DNA from: Podarcis pityusensis
Lineage: Eukaryota
Direction: 5' to 3' (one strand)
DNA: 64,000 bases
Assembly (NCBI GenBank): GCA_964106645.2
Contig: OZ067049.1
Numbering within the stretch: the stretch's first letter is position 1; every line of letters starts with the position of its first letter. The position numbers were made by a program, and so were the translations under genes. The notes below the pieces were generated by a model, which ran no database searches, was not told where the DNA came from, and was given only the letters and a program-made list of their open reading frames with translations. Of this stretch, positions 14,801 to 26,552 are shown piece by piece.

Positions 14801-16331
14801 TAATGAAGTGGAATGGTGCATGGCTGGTCCAGTATAAATCCACTAATTTGTTATTATTGTGTCAATGGCATGTTGCAGAATTACACCTAGGAAGAAGAAG
14901 AAGCAAGTCAGCCAGTGAGGGGCGCGATGGCATAGTTCTCTGGCTTATGTCCTTCATGTAGGGAATATTTTATAGGTGAAGATTTGTGGGTGATGGCATT
15001 GCCTTCACTCCGGAGTATCTTCATTTTACCTTAGTGGCACCACCATGTAGCCAAACTCTGGATTGGCTACTTGATTGATTGATTGATTGATTGATGATTG
15101 CATTGCATTGCATTTATATGCCACCCTTCACCCACAGACCACAGGGTGTTTCACAACGTAAACATGATGGCCTTAACTACTGCTAGGAATACGGTGAACA
15201 ATTTGGGGCTGGGCGGTAGAGAAAGCTGTGAAAAGGCTTGCTCTGAAGCATCACCATTTTTGCATGTGTTCTGAATGTGTCAAGGGAATGCACTTCCAAT
15301 AGGTCAACATTTACATGCTCTTTCATTTCTCTCCCTTCTCCCCCCCCCAAAAAAAATTGTACTAGATGAAACACTGTTTGCAAAAGGAAAAATCTTCATG
15401 CAACTTCCCCCGCTTTTCAACACGTGAAAACCTATTCAAATAAGAATGGCTAACATTTGACCAGATACGTGATTTTTATCAGGAGCGTACAAAATGAATG
15501 GGATAAACAACAACCAAGAGGATTATCTTATATCTGCTTCTGTTTAATACCAACATGAAGCCATTGGGAGCGGTCATTAGGAGTTTTGGGGTGAGGTACT
15601 ATCAGTATGCCGATGACGATTAGTTCTATTTCTCAATGAGTTTTTAATCAGGAGAGGCTGTTCAGTTCCCAGGCCATTTCCAGGATATAAATGATGAAGT
15701 AGGTAAGAAAAAACCAGCTGAGCTTGAATCCTGTGCACATGACACTTTACACAGAACAGATGCAACAGCCCCCCCCCCAAGTGGCCTACAATCCAAAAGA
15801 GACATATAGAAGCGAAAGGGGAAGAGAGGGGAAGCAAGGGTCAAATGTGTGATTATTACAAATATTTTGACTTAATTACAATAAGGTATCAGGACTAAGG
15901 GGGTGAGGCAGTGCGAAATTCAGAGCGAACAGAAGAAGAAAAGCAAGGATAGAGGCAATGAATAGAAATAAAATTAGGTGAGAGATGGACTCACTCCAGT
16001 AAAATGTTGTGGGGGAAAATAGTACAACTAGATTAAAATCTGATAAACTCATCATCAGATTATTTGATCAAAGGACAGAATGAATCTGGCACGCCATCAA
16101 AGACCTTAATATTCTCCCACCCTCATTATCTAGACTCTCACCTGATGTGTTTTCTCCCTACAACCACTTGCTTAAGTACTCTTCCATTTCCCATTCTCCC
16201 TAGCTGAAATGGCAGTCTCCAGACTTCACGAATCTGGGAACTTTGATGTTTTTCCTACATTCTGCCCCACCCTTAAACCCCACCCCTGAAGAATTTTCTA
16301 ATGATTGTATGCCATACATTTCAGGAGCAAG

Positions 16332-16462
16332 TAAAGGTAAAGGGACCCCTGACCATTAAGTGCAGTCGCGAACGACTCTGGGGTTGCGGCACTCATCTCG
16401 CTTTACTGGCCGAGGGAGCCAGCGTTTGTCCGCAGACAGCTTCTGGGTCATGTGGCCAGCAG
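16332..16462 (-). mobile_element. Sauria SINE 3' fragment (5'-truncated)
   Basis: taaaggtaaagggacccctgacc...gggtcatgtggccagca aligns by eye with the tail of the copy at 24356. Confidence 0.85.
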
Positions 16463-17345
16463 GAGCAAGTACACAAAGCCAAAGCCAATAAGCGTAATAA
16501 AATTATGCTTTAAGGCGATTGTCAATAATATTTCACTTTTTTGTTCTAATGTTTAGTTAGCAGTTGAATGTTATCTATATGAACTGTTTATGGTCATATA
16601 TCAATGCTTCATATTCAAGTATAAATGTTATGAATGTTGTAACATCTACTATGCAAGTAACCATGGCACTTTGACAACATTAGGAGTTACATTAAATTTA
16701 TACAATCCTTAATAGAATAATATAAAAAAGATCAACAAATAACTTTTAAGTCTAGATTTAAAAGCCTCTGTAGTCCAAGCTTGTTTCATTTCAATAGAAT
16801 GATCTCAAAGGCTAGACAACAGAGCAACTAAAGGCTCTGATGTTTAAATTCTCTCTCCTATTATGTTATAGGATTGACACCAGTCTACAATAAAACTTTC
16901 CAACAGAATGGAAAGTCTATTCCAGAACGGAAAGTGACCTCTATTAGGTTTGGGTTTGTAACCAGAAACTTCTACTGTACAAATATGAAATACATAGGTA
17001 CATTAAGAAGCATTAAAAAGCCTCAAATTCACTACAAATATTGTCAGCTGAGGAAAACTGTACAATATCTTACAGTACACACGATTAAAAAAACCCCCCT
17101 GACATGTTTTCTACCATATACAACTTCTGTAGCCCCTTCCCTTCCATTAATGATAATTTGTTGTTTTATGTTGGACTCCTTATCTATCCCATAATGATAC
17201 TGCTTTTCTATTATATCTTTACAGTCCTGAAACGTTTATATTCATCTATTCAGCTCAAGATGTCTAGTTGGTGGCTTTACAAGAAAAAAACCCCACATGC
17301 CACAAAATTCTTTCTTCTAGTACAGATAATGGGTAGGAGCCAAAG

Positions 17346-17989
17346 TGTTTCCCTCCCTGAGGATTCAGGTGATGATGAATAGGAGGAAGAGACAAATGGT
17401 TATCGGAGGTCTTCCACTCAAGCCCTGGACCAGGAGCTGAGCCTTTCTGATGAGAATCTCCCTCTGGAAGTCTCACAGACCCCCTCTTCCTTGGTTTAGT
17501 GGGAGGAGGTGGAGTTATCCAATGCCAGGGAAGCCCCTTCAGTGCCAGAGGAGAGAGCTCCATGGCACGGACTGAGCTGTCAAGGGAGAATGAAAGTCAT
17601 TTATTGTCTCCGAAGCAATGACAGCACCTCCACAGGCAGGGGCAGACCCAGTTTCCAAGAAAGAGGGCCTGGCTAGGTCTGCACATCTGTTTAAAGGGGG
17701 ACAGGGTAGATGCGGCCAATTGTTGGAACAGCTTCATGCTCATTCATGCACAGTCTCAGACTGCAGCTCCTGAGCCTGCAAATCTGGCTTCTGAAATGCA
17801 TTTGTCCCTGAAATGCATTTAGGGAACCCTAAAGCTTGGTTTGATCTATGCTTCATTGCCGATGTCCAGGGGCATCTGAACTAATTTCTGCTCTTCTCTT
17901 GTTGCTGAGTTTATGCTGTCTGAATAAAACTTGGCTTCTTACTTCCAAGAAAGTACACCTGTTGTTGTTCTTGGGTGGCAGCCAGGACA
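17346..17989 (+). mobile_element. Candidate solo LTR
   Basis: GC-richer block bounded by TGT...ACA, with TTTAAA at ~17690 and AATAAA at 17923 shortly before the 3' end. No TSD seen. Confidence 0.4.
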
Positions 17990-20900
17990 GTTCCTTCTGT
18001 GAATGAAAGAGCTGCTTCTATTCATGGAAATGAATGAGATTTGTAGAGGCTGCCTATTGGAGGAAGCAGGGGCAGCAATTTTCACCCATTTTCTCTTCTA
18101 CCTGCAGCTGACTGTGCTGTTCTGGGGGATCACCCAAGCCACCAGAGAAGGCTTTCAGGGGGCACAGAGAGAAAAGAGATAGGCAAAACCTGCCTTTACC
18201 CCCTCCTGCAGTGTGAGCAGAACTCTGATGAACATAAGTCAATTTCCAACCCATACTGGTGAGACAAATCATTGTCTAGGAAACTGGGAGCCAAATGTAG
18301 GATTTTCACGTTCTTGTAACCATAGTAAGTATTAACCATATTATCATTCATACACAAGCAATGCTAAACTATGATTAAAGGAAGAGAAGGAAAGAGAAGT
18401 GGGTTTGCTCTAAAGAAGGAAGTAGGAAACCTTGGTTTGCAGAGAGTCGAAACATCATGCCTTCACTTCAGTGAGGCTATCTATCACCCACCTCTATGAA
18501 GACAGAAACGGTAGTTTCTATTATGAAAGCAATTTTTGCATCTAAGATGACTGAATAACAGGCGTTAATCATTCGGGATGATCAGAAATGTAAACAGTGG
18601 GGGGAGTGATTAACCTAAAGTAAGCAACATTTTTTTCATTGCAGTGGCAGATGTAACGAATGTCATACTTCACAGAAAATGTATCAGTGTTAGGTGTGAT
18701 CAAGTGAGTGTAGGTAGTTATGATTACTAGTACAGCTAAAATAGCTCTCCTCATACTGAGTTTGGTATTTTTTGCAATTTGGGAGTGGGGGGGGGGAATC
18801 ATCCGATACACACTTATATGGGAGTAAGTCCCATTGAACTCAGTAGGGCTTCTGAGATGACGCATATAGGATTACTCTATCAATGTTCTATCTTATCTGC
18901 ACTGGACCTGAAATAATTTTTTCATATCCATTACTTTGGGTGAGAGCTACTACATGTTTAAGCCATTTCACAGGTCTATGGTTTACTCGGGCTAAAATTA
19001 GCTCTATTTGACAACACAGTAGCAACCCTTCAGGACAGCTGGGCCACAATGTTGTGAAAACACTGTCAAATATTATTTTAAAGTTCCCACATAAAATGAA
19101 AACAGAGGTTTACAAATTAAAAACAAATAGCAAATTAATGTACACAGCTTACAGCACTAGTATATTTAACAGAAATTATTGTTGAAATAAGCTCTGTGCT
19201 TGTGTCTGCTGTATAGAACCTGAACCAAGACTCTCAAAGTTCTGCGCTCCCCCTGCAACTCTCTAAAACACAAACTAGCACGTGTTTGTTCTGTATGTCT
19301 CAGGTCCTACTACAACTCTTGCAAAAGCCACCTCACGGCTGGGCAGGTAAAACTGATTTTTTCATTATAGTGCAAGCATGTGCAGACATAGTACACGGCT
19401 TACACTAATTGCAATTGCTTTTTTCAACCCTCTAAGAAACTATATATAAAATAGTAAAATTGTCATCTATGTAGTGCAGGTTTTTTTTTTTAAATCCAAA
19501 ACAGAAAGTATCTTGGAACCAGTCTGTTGTTCATGTAGAAGAATATGTATTCTCCTTCCATGGAAACATAGCTCAGATGTACTTCTCGGTTCTTTTTCCT
19601 GAACAGAACAAACAGGGCAATAAGCAGAGGAGCAAAATTACGCTTGGTGCAAACTAAAATCGGTAGGGGCTAAAATACTTTGTAATTGGTATGGGCATTA
19701 TATAATGCTGGAGTTCTCATATACAGGTACATGAGCACCGTCATCGGGTCTTACTGCCGCTGAGCTTCCAGATTTTTAGGAACCATTTTGCATTCAAGGT
19801 TGCTGAAAGGAAATTTGACCTGGAAAGTATCAAAGGGAATATTATTTTTAGGGGTATGTATTGGCTCTGTGTGATTTCCAGAATTAGGAGGCTAAACAGG
19901 GGTGGGGTCCCCATTTTCCCAAATCAGAATCCACTCTTAAAATGGCACACCAAGCTGGATCAGAGCCTCTCTATCCTGACTCACTTTGTGAACTTCAGTG
20001 CTTAAAAATACTGCATTTCTAATGTAAATTCTGTGTCTTTTTAGAAAAACCAAACTAACTATGGAAAATAACTATGGAGGTTGTGGAGAGGCGAGAGGAA
20101 GATCCTTAATTTTGACAGGCAGCTCTAGGTTTTAATGAGAGAATTATTTTTCAGAGTGATTTGGGAGAAGGATGTTGAAATAAATATTAAACACTGTGCT
20201 TGCTTTTTACTTGAATCTATGCTTCCCCCACCACCACCACCACCTATACACGTCAGTGGTGATACCTCTCTCCTATAGGAAACAGGTTCTATTGCAAAAA
20301 ATCTATTGTTCTTTTTGGGTGCTGGGAAAAGTCTGTCACCCCATCAACAATTATTGTGGTAAAAGGGTTGACATTTTTCCCCACTTCAGACTTTCCTGGG
20401 GATCCTCTGCCATTGCATTTAGCCACCCCCAAATAGTAAAGTCTGGGGGTGGAGAATGACTTGTAGGACAATGGCTGCATCTATCATTCTGAAATGTAGC
20501 AGGCTTCATCTCTTCAGAAATAGTGGCCATGCCTGCAACCTACATCTGTGTCTTGTAAAAAAAAAAAAGACTTTTTTTTCTTTTTAAAACAAAGTTTTAA
20601 AAGTGCCCTGCATTAAAACGCCTTGATGTGTCTGCCTTTAAGGTTTAATCTAAACTAGAGGGGCTCTTTTGCTTTCAAATTTCATCCACTTCTGTGAAAA
20701 AGAAAAGTTATAACCATTTTTGAATTCCCCATTAGAGTGAAATGGGTGGGAAGGAAACAGAGCTTCATTTTTTAACAGATCTAATCTGATGAATTAGATC
20801 TGAATTGGAAAGGCACAGAGCAGTTCTGAAACAGATTGGGCTGCTTCCCAAAGCTACAGATGCAAGTTGAATCTTGTGACTGGTGCACACCTCTAATTAT

Positions 20901-22281
20901 TTTACCCTCGTGAATATGGCATTATTAATGTTTCTTCCCATAAAAATACTGAAAACGGCTTATCTAACAAGTCAGGAGAAAGTACTAGAACATTCCACAG
21001 GAGAACAAGCTAAAATGGCAATATGGAGGAGAATGGAAGTGTCCCAAACATAACACATCCATTCTTAAGAATTAGGAGCAGCATCAATAAAAAGTAGAAG
21101 AGCAAGACAGAATTTTAAGGCCACTAGATATTCTTCTACTATTCTGGCCATGTGCATAAATTTATTGTAAACCTAATATTTTTTTAAAAAAATGAATGAG
21201 GGGATAATTACGAAAGTTTTCTTTCAAGCGTGTCTGTAATCTAACTCTGGTGGTTAGTACTTCCATGGTTGCTCAGGGGTAAAAGAGGAGAGGGAGAATC
21301 AAAGGGTGGGATTGCAAAAGAGAGTAATTGGAAGGTCTTAATAAACCACATTTGTGTTGGTCGATTTTCTTACTATGTTCCAGTGGGATACCCCTTTAGT
21401 TTCTTTCCCCATTACTATCCTCCACTCAGAACTTTGTTTTACTCTTGCCTGGCATTATTTTGACGAAACAGGCAAGAGAATTCTGATAATCTGATTGGTT
21501 ACAGGATGTTGTTATTCTACGGATAGTGTGGAAATGGACACACCACCAACTTTATCTAAGCAATTACAGATGGGCAAGCACCATCCCCCACAAACTTGCT
21601 TCGTAATTAACTCATTTTACGTAAGCTTTCTCTGAGAACTCTGACAAAATAAACAAACAGATCTTGAGGTCTTTCTGAGAGTTTGCCAATAAATCCTGAA
21701 AACACAAAAACAGATAAAATTTTCCTCACCACCACTATTTCCATTAGCCCAACGTTCCCAAAACATACCCTGGCAAACTGCAGACAGAGGCAGGGAGCAA
21801 TTCGGCAACAGTAAAGGAGTATTCTTTAAAGCCTAGAATAATCTATTGCTATACGTAAAATGCTCCCCACGCCTCCCAGCTCCGTCCGTTAAGCAGATAA
21901 GCACTGGGAACTTTGTTTCCCAGTCAGGAATGGATGCTGTAGCAGAGCCATGTAGAATTTTAAAGTCCTCTCTCACTTCAGCGCTCCTTGCTTGTGGCAC
22001 CTCTTTTTGGCAAATACAAGAGAGTTTTGAGAGAGTCATAAAAAAGCCCCAATTTTTAGAACTGGAAGATTTGGGCTCAGCTCGTAGTAGTTTCTTGTTT
22101 CTGTTTCTCAATTTCAAATTTAGATAATATCACTATAATCAATATTCTACAGCCTTTTAAATGTGTCTGTGGGAATGGGGAGCATTGTTTTGTGTTTTGG
22201 TTTAATTGCTTACTTGTGTTTTATCTTTGTATTTTATTCTGTGAACCTCCCTGGTATCTTTTGATGAGGGACAGTATATAC

Positions 22282-22313
<32 letters not shown>
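22282..22313. repeat. (ATCA)n microsatellite
   Basis: Directly visible. Confidence 0.9.
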
Positions 22314-23705
22314 GGAAATGTGACTCAGAAAGAAACATCTCATCACACAAGCAGACATGCAAGCTAGGGTCCTTGATTTACATTGGCCCATCAATTTATA
22401 CTTTGCAGATGCCCCCCTCCCTTTTTTTAACATAGGAATTTTTAGAAAACGACAACCTTCTTGTAAAATATTCTATCCAAGGATAAAGTTGCTTGGAATG
22501 ATGGGGGGGGGGGGAACCCTGAAACGTATAAACATCTGTAAAGGTGATATAAAAAGGCTGTGTTGTGCATAAAAATGCACTGTAATTTAATGATATCACA
22601 AGGCCATTCTAGAGCTTGAGGCAAGCGGTGTATATTGCTGCTCTTTGACACAATTTGATTTTGCTAATGAAATAAAAACGCCTCCTTTAAAAGCTTTAAG
22701 GGATGTGAAATACCAGGCCTTAGACAACAGAATCGGCAACTACCTGTTCCAAACCCTCAAGCAAAAATTGCCTAATGGCCTGCTGATAGAGATGTCTATC
22801 TTGGGATATGGGGAGAGGCGGAGGCAAGGATTAGGGTTGTAGTACCTTGTCAGTTTTTACAACAGTGGGGGAGAGAGGTTAGCTTTTAGAGCATTTTCCT
22901 ATTAGATTTTTTTTTTTAGGATTCACTTATGCCAGAGTTCAAGCTGAAATCACAAATCTGGTTTTTACCATTATTACAACTGCTGAGATATAAAATGACT
23001 GATGCTGTTGAAGCGTTGTGAACACATGTAGGTGCACACACAGCAACATGTGAACTCTTCAAGTTGAACATTATTTTCTATGGTTGAAGTATAGTTGAAG
23101 GCCAATTATGTAATATGTAGAAGACTGAGGCAGTCAGTACCTATATACCATAACCAGGAATAAGTTTTGGTTTCGTGTTTTGGGGGGCCTTTGGGCAAGA
23201 TAGTCCTCTTTTTAAGTGGGCACACCTTTTCCTCAGCACTATTGCCCATTCCCTTGCCTTCTTCCTCTCGGATAAATCCATACGGGAAGAGGAAGAACGT
23301 AAGGTGAATGGAGGATGCTGCTCCACTTCTTCAGGCCTATTCAGAACATGAGGCAAGGTCAAGCGACCACCTCAGGGAGTGGAATCCTCAGAGGCAGCAG
23401 AATGTATGCACTCTAAAGCATGTATTGCCAACTGCTCATGCTGCAGTAGCAATGGTTGTCGCACGCTCCTTGGAGGCCAGATTTGCTGTCCCCTCAGTGT
23501 CAGCCCCCCTCCCATGCTGTGTCTATGCAGGAGACACTGCTGATCTCCTCCCACCTGCCAGCGGGGGCTGCCCTATTCTTGGGCTCTGCACCCACCCAGT
23601 GCTATTCAGAGTGGGCTTCTTTCCATCCCATGACAGCCTTTGATTCCCACTTCAACCATCAGTTGAGATTGATTTCATTCCCACCTCCACCCCCCATTCC
23701 TGATA

Positions 23706-23915
23706 CAGTGGTACCTCGGGTTAAGTACTTAATTCGTTCCAGAGGTCCGTTCTTAACCTGAAACTGTTCTTAACCTGAAGCACCATTTTAGCTAATGGGG
23801 CCTCTCGCTGCCGCCGTGCCACCAGAGCACGATTTCTGTTTTCATCCTCAAGCAAAGTTCTTAACCCGAGGTACTATTTCTGGGTTAGCGGAGTCTGTAA
23901 CCTGAGGTACCACTG
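23706..23915. mobile_element. Second copy of the same Tigger-like MITE family, opposite orientation to 7415-7629
   Basis: Same TIRs and TA TSD; the interior is the reverse complement of the 7415 copy. Confidence 0.9.
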
Positions 23916-24355
23916 TATAGAACTTCTCTCACCCCCTTGTTTCTGATGTAGATATTTATCCCCCCCCCCCCCCGGTTCCTGATGTAGATCTGTGCTCACT
24001 TCTTCTTCCCTGGTGTGTGTGCCATTTTGTTGTTCACCTCAGGTGCCCAAATGTCTCAGGCCAGCCCTGTTCCTCTGCCACTACTTCCATGCTCAGCAAA
24101 GCAGCTGCAGTCAGGAGAAAGAGCCTAGGACTTTGAGTCTCCAGGGAATTGACAGCAGGCCCCTTGCATGTTCTACGCATTGGCTGGTGCCCAGCACTAC
24201 AGACCTGCTCTCCCCTCTCAATGCCTTCCCTGACAGGCATACACTGGTCAGCTGCTGAACAGAGAGATTACTCTTAGTGGCTTCACTGGTGTATCCGCAT
24301 TGTGCCAATCTCCCCACCCTTCGCTTCTCCTTCACACCCTGCTCTGTCCCATCCT

Positions 24356-24724
24356 AAAGGTAAAGGTAAAGGACCCCTGACAGTTAAGTCCAGTCGCGAA
24401 CAACTCTGGGGTTGCAGCGTTCATCTAGCTTTACTGGCCGAGGGAGCCGGTGTTTGTCTGAGGACAGTTTTTCCGGGTCATGTGGTCAGCATGACTAAGC
24501 TGCTTCTGGCGAAACCAGAGCAGCACATGGAAACACTATTTACCTTCCCACTGGAGCGGTACCTATTTATCTACTTGCAGTCTGACATGCTTTCAAACTG
24601 CTAGGTTGGCAGGAGCTGGGACCGAGCAATAGGAGCTCACCCCGTCATGGGGATTTGAACCGCCGACCTTCTGATCGGCAAGCCCTAGGCTCAGTGGTTT
24701 AGACCACAGCGCCACCCGCGTCCC
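24356..24724 (-). mobile_element. Sauria SINE, full length
   Basis: Minus strand starts GGGACGCGGGTGGCGCTGTGGTCTAAACCACTGAGCC (tRNA-derived head) and ends in an (ACCTTT)n tail. 12-bp TSD CTGTCCCATCCT at 24344-24355 and 24725-24736. Confidence 0.92.
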
Positions 24725-25350
24725 CTGTCCCATCCTGAGAGCTGCTTATGTTTAGTGGCAGATGCCCACCTTGCTTCTCAAGTATTTGTGTTGATATAAG
24801 CATAATTCTTTACAACACAAAGCATTTCACATAATTTAAGGCATTAGCAGGAATACCTGGCACTGGGAAAAAGGAAAGAAGTGGTTATAATTCAAACTGC
24901 TATCCCTGTCACCAAACTCAACACATCTCATTGGCGTCAAGGCAATTAACACTACCAAGACTTGTTCTTCCTATCTTGTGCAGGCCTATGGAGCACAGTT
25001 TATACATTAACATGGCCCTACCTTGGAGAAGGAGAGTGTCAGCACCTTGTCCCCAACCCTTCTAAAGTCTGAATGCAAAATTAAGCACTCTTACAAAACT
25101 TTATATACAGATCCTGATTGTCTAGACCTTGATAATGAATTCTAATAATCCACCGAAAAGCATACATGCAGTCACTATGTTGCACTTTGTAAGTTATCTT
25201 GTACTTCTTTATGCAAACAATATGTATGAGAACAACAGGGCAATATTACTCTCGATCAACCTGCTGTGGAGGTAAGAAGTTATTTTGCACAACTGCTGTA
25301 TGCATACTTTCTAGTGGATAAACAACGGCATCTCTCACAACATTCTAGTA

Positions 25351-25618
25351 CAGTGGTACCTCGCAAGATGAATGCCTCGCAAGACGAAAAACTCGCAAGA
25401 CGAAAGAGTTTTTCGTTTTTTGAGTTGCTTCGCAAGACGAATTTCCCTATGGGCTTGCTTCGCAAGACGAAAACGTCTTGCGAGTTTGTTTCCTTTTTCT
25501 TAAAACCGTTAATACCGTTAAAACCGTGCTTCGCAAGACGAAAAATTCGCAAGACGAAAAATTCGCAAGACGAAAAAACTCGCAGAACGAATTAATTTCG
25601 TCTTGCGAGGCACCACTG
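25351..25618. mobile_element. Tigger-like MITE with internal TCGCAAGACGAA repeats
   Basis: TIRs CAGTGGTACCTCGCAAGA / TCTTGCGAGGCACCACTG with TA TSD. About 9 direct and 2 inverted copies of the 12-mer. Confidence 0.9.
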
Positions 25619-25813
25619 TACAGAGGGGACAAAAGATAGAAAACGCCCAGTTCTAATACTGCAACTTTCTCCTTGCTCCCCGCCCTTAATTCAGACTAGA
25701 CCAAATAAACATCAGCTTTAGTTTCCACTGTTTCATGCATGCACAGAAATAACAAATTAAAGCCCAGGCACTTGCTTCACAAACCACACATAATGATTAT
25801 ACCAAAATCAACT

Positions 25814-26552
25814 AAGAGTTTTGTGGTATCTCAAAGGCCAGCACATTTATTATGCCATAAGCTTTTGTAGATTAAGAGTCCAGTTTATCAGATGCATGAA
25901 ATGTAATCCTCAATTGGCAGGTATTTATTACACAGATGAGATGCGGATGGTGCTGTGGGTTAAACCACAGAGCCTAGGGCTTGCCGATCAGAAGGTTGGC
26001 AGTTCGAATCCCCGCAAAAGGGTGAGCTCCCATTGCCAACCTAGCAGTTCGAAAGCACGTCAAAGTGCAAGTAGATAAATAGGTACCGCTCTGGCGGGAA
26101 GGTAAACAGCATTTCCGTGTGTTGCTCTGGTTTGCCAGAAGCGGCTTAGTCATGCTGGCCACATGACCCGGAAGCTCCCTCGGCCAGTAAAGCGAGATGA
26201 GCGCCACTACCCCAGAGTCGTCCGCAACTGGATCTAATTTTCAGGGGTCCCTTTACCTTTATTACACAGATGCAGAAGTGTAAAAGTTGGAGTTAAACAG
26301 CAATGAAGTAGAAAAAGGATGCTCTGTGATAATTTGGTTCTTACTCTTTTTTTTTTTGCATTTCATTGCCATTTGACTCCCAACTATTACCTTTCCCACT
26401 CTTTTATGTCCATGTGTATAAATACCTGCCAACTGAGGATTACATTTAATCCACAAAAGGTTGCGCCATAATAAATTTGTTAGTCTTTATGGTGCCACAA
26501 GACTCTTCTGTGTTTTTACTGCAGGGAGACCAACACAGCTATCCCTCTGGAA
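25814..26552. mobile_element. Penelope-like element terminal-repeat remnant arranged as an inverted repeat, interrupted by a Sauria SINE
   Basis: 25814-25930 is the imperfect reverse complement of 26415-26507. The right arm ATAATAAATTTGTTAGTCTTTATGGTGCCACAAGACTC...ACCAACACAGCTATCCCTCTG resembles reptile Penelope pLTR ends (recalled). Confidence 0.7.
25939..26257 (+). mobile_element. Sauria SINE with internal deletions
   Basis: Head TGGTGCTGTGGGTTAAACCACAGAGCC...GTTCGAATCCC (A and B boxes), tail GGGGTCCCTTTACCTTT. 15-bp TSD TTTATTACACAGATG at 25924-25938 and 26258-26272. Confidence 0.92.

Noticed and set aside
24640-24724. tRNA-like A/B box sequence (also 25939-26020 and ~47440-47500)
   Set aside because: These are tRNA-derived SINE heads, not tRNA genes; no full cloverleaf.
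25351-25618. Regularly spaced short repeats resembling a CRISPR array or iterons
   Set aside because: Bounded by TIRs and a TA TSD, spacers are only a few nt and not unique, eukaryotic intron, no cas genes. It is a MITE.
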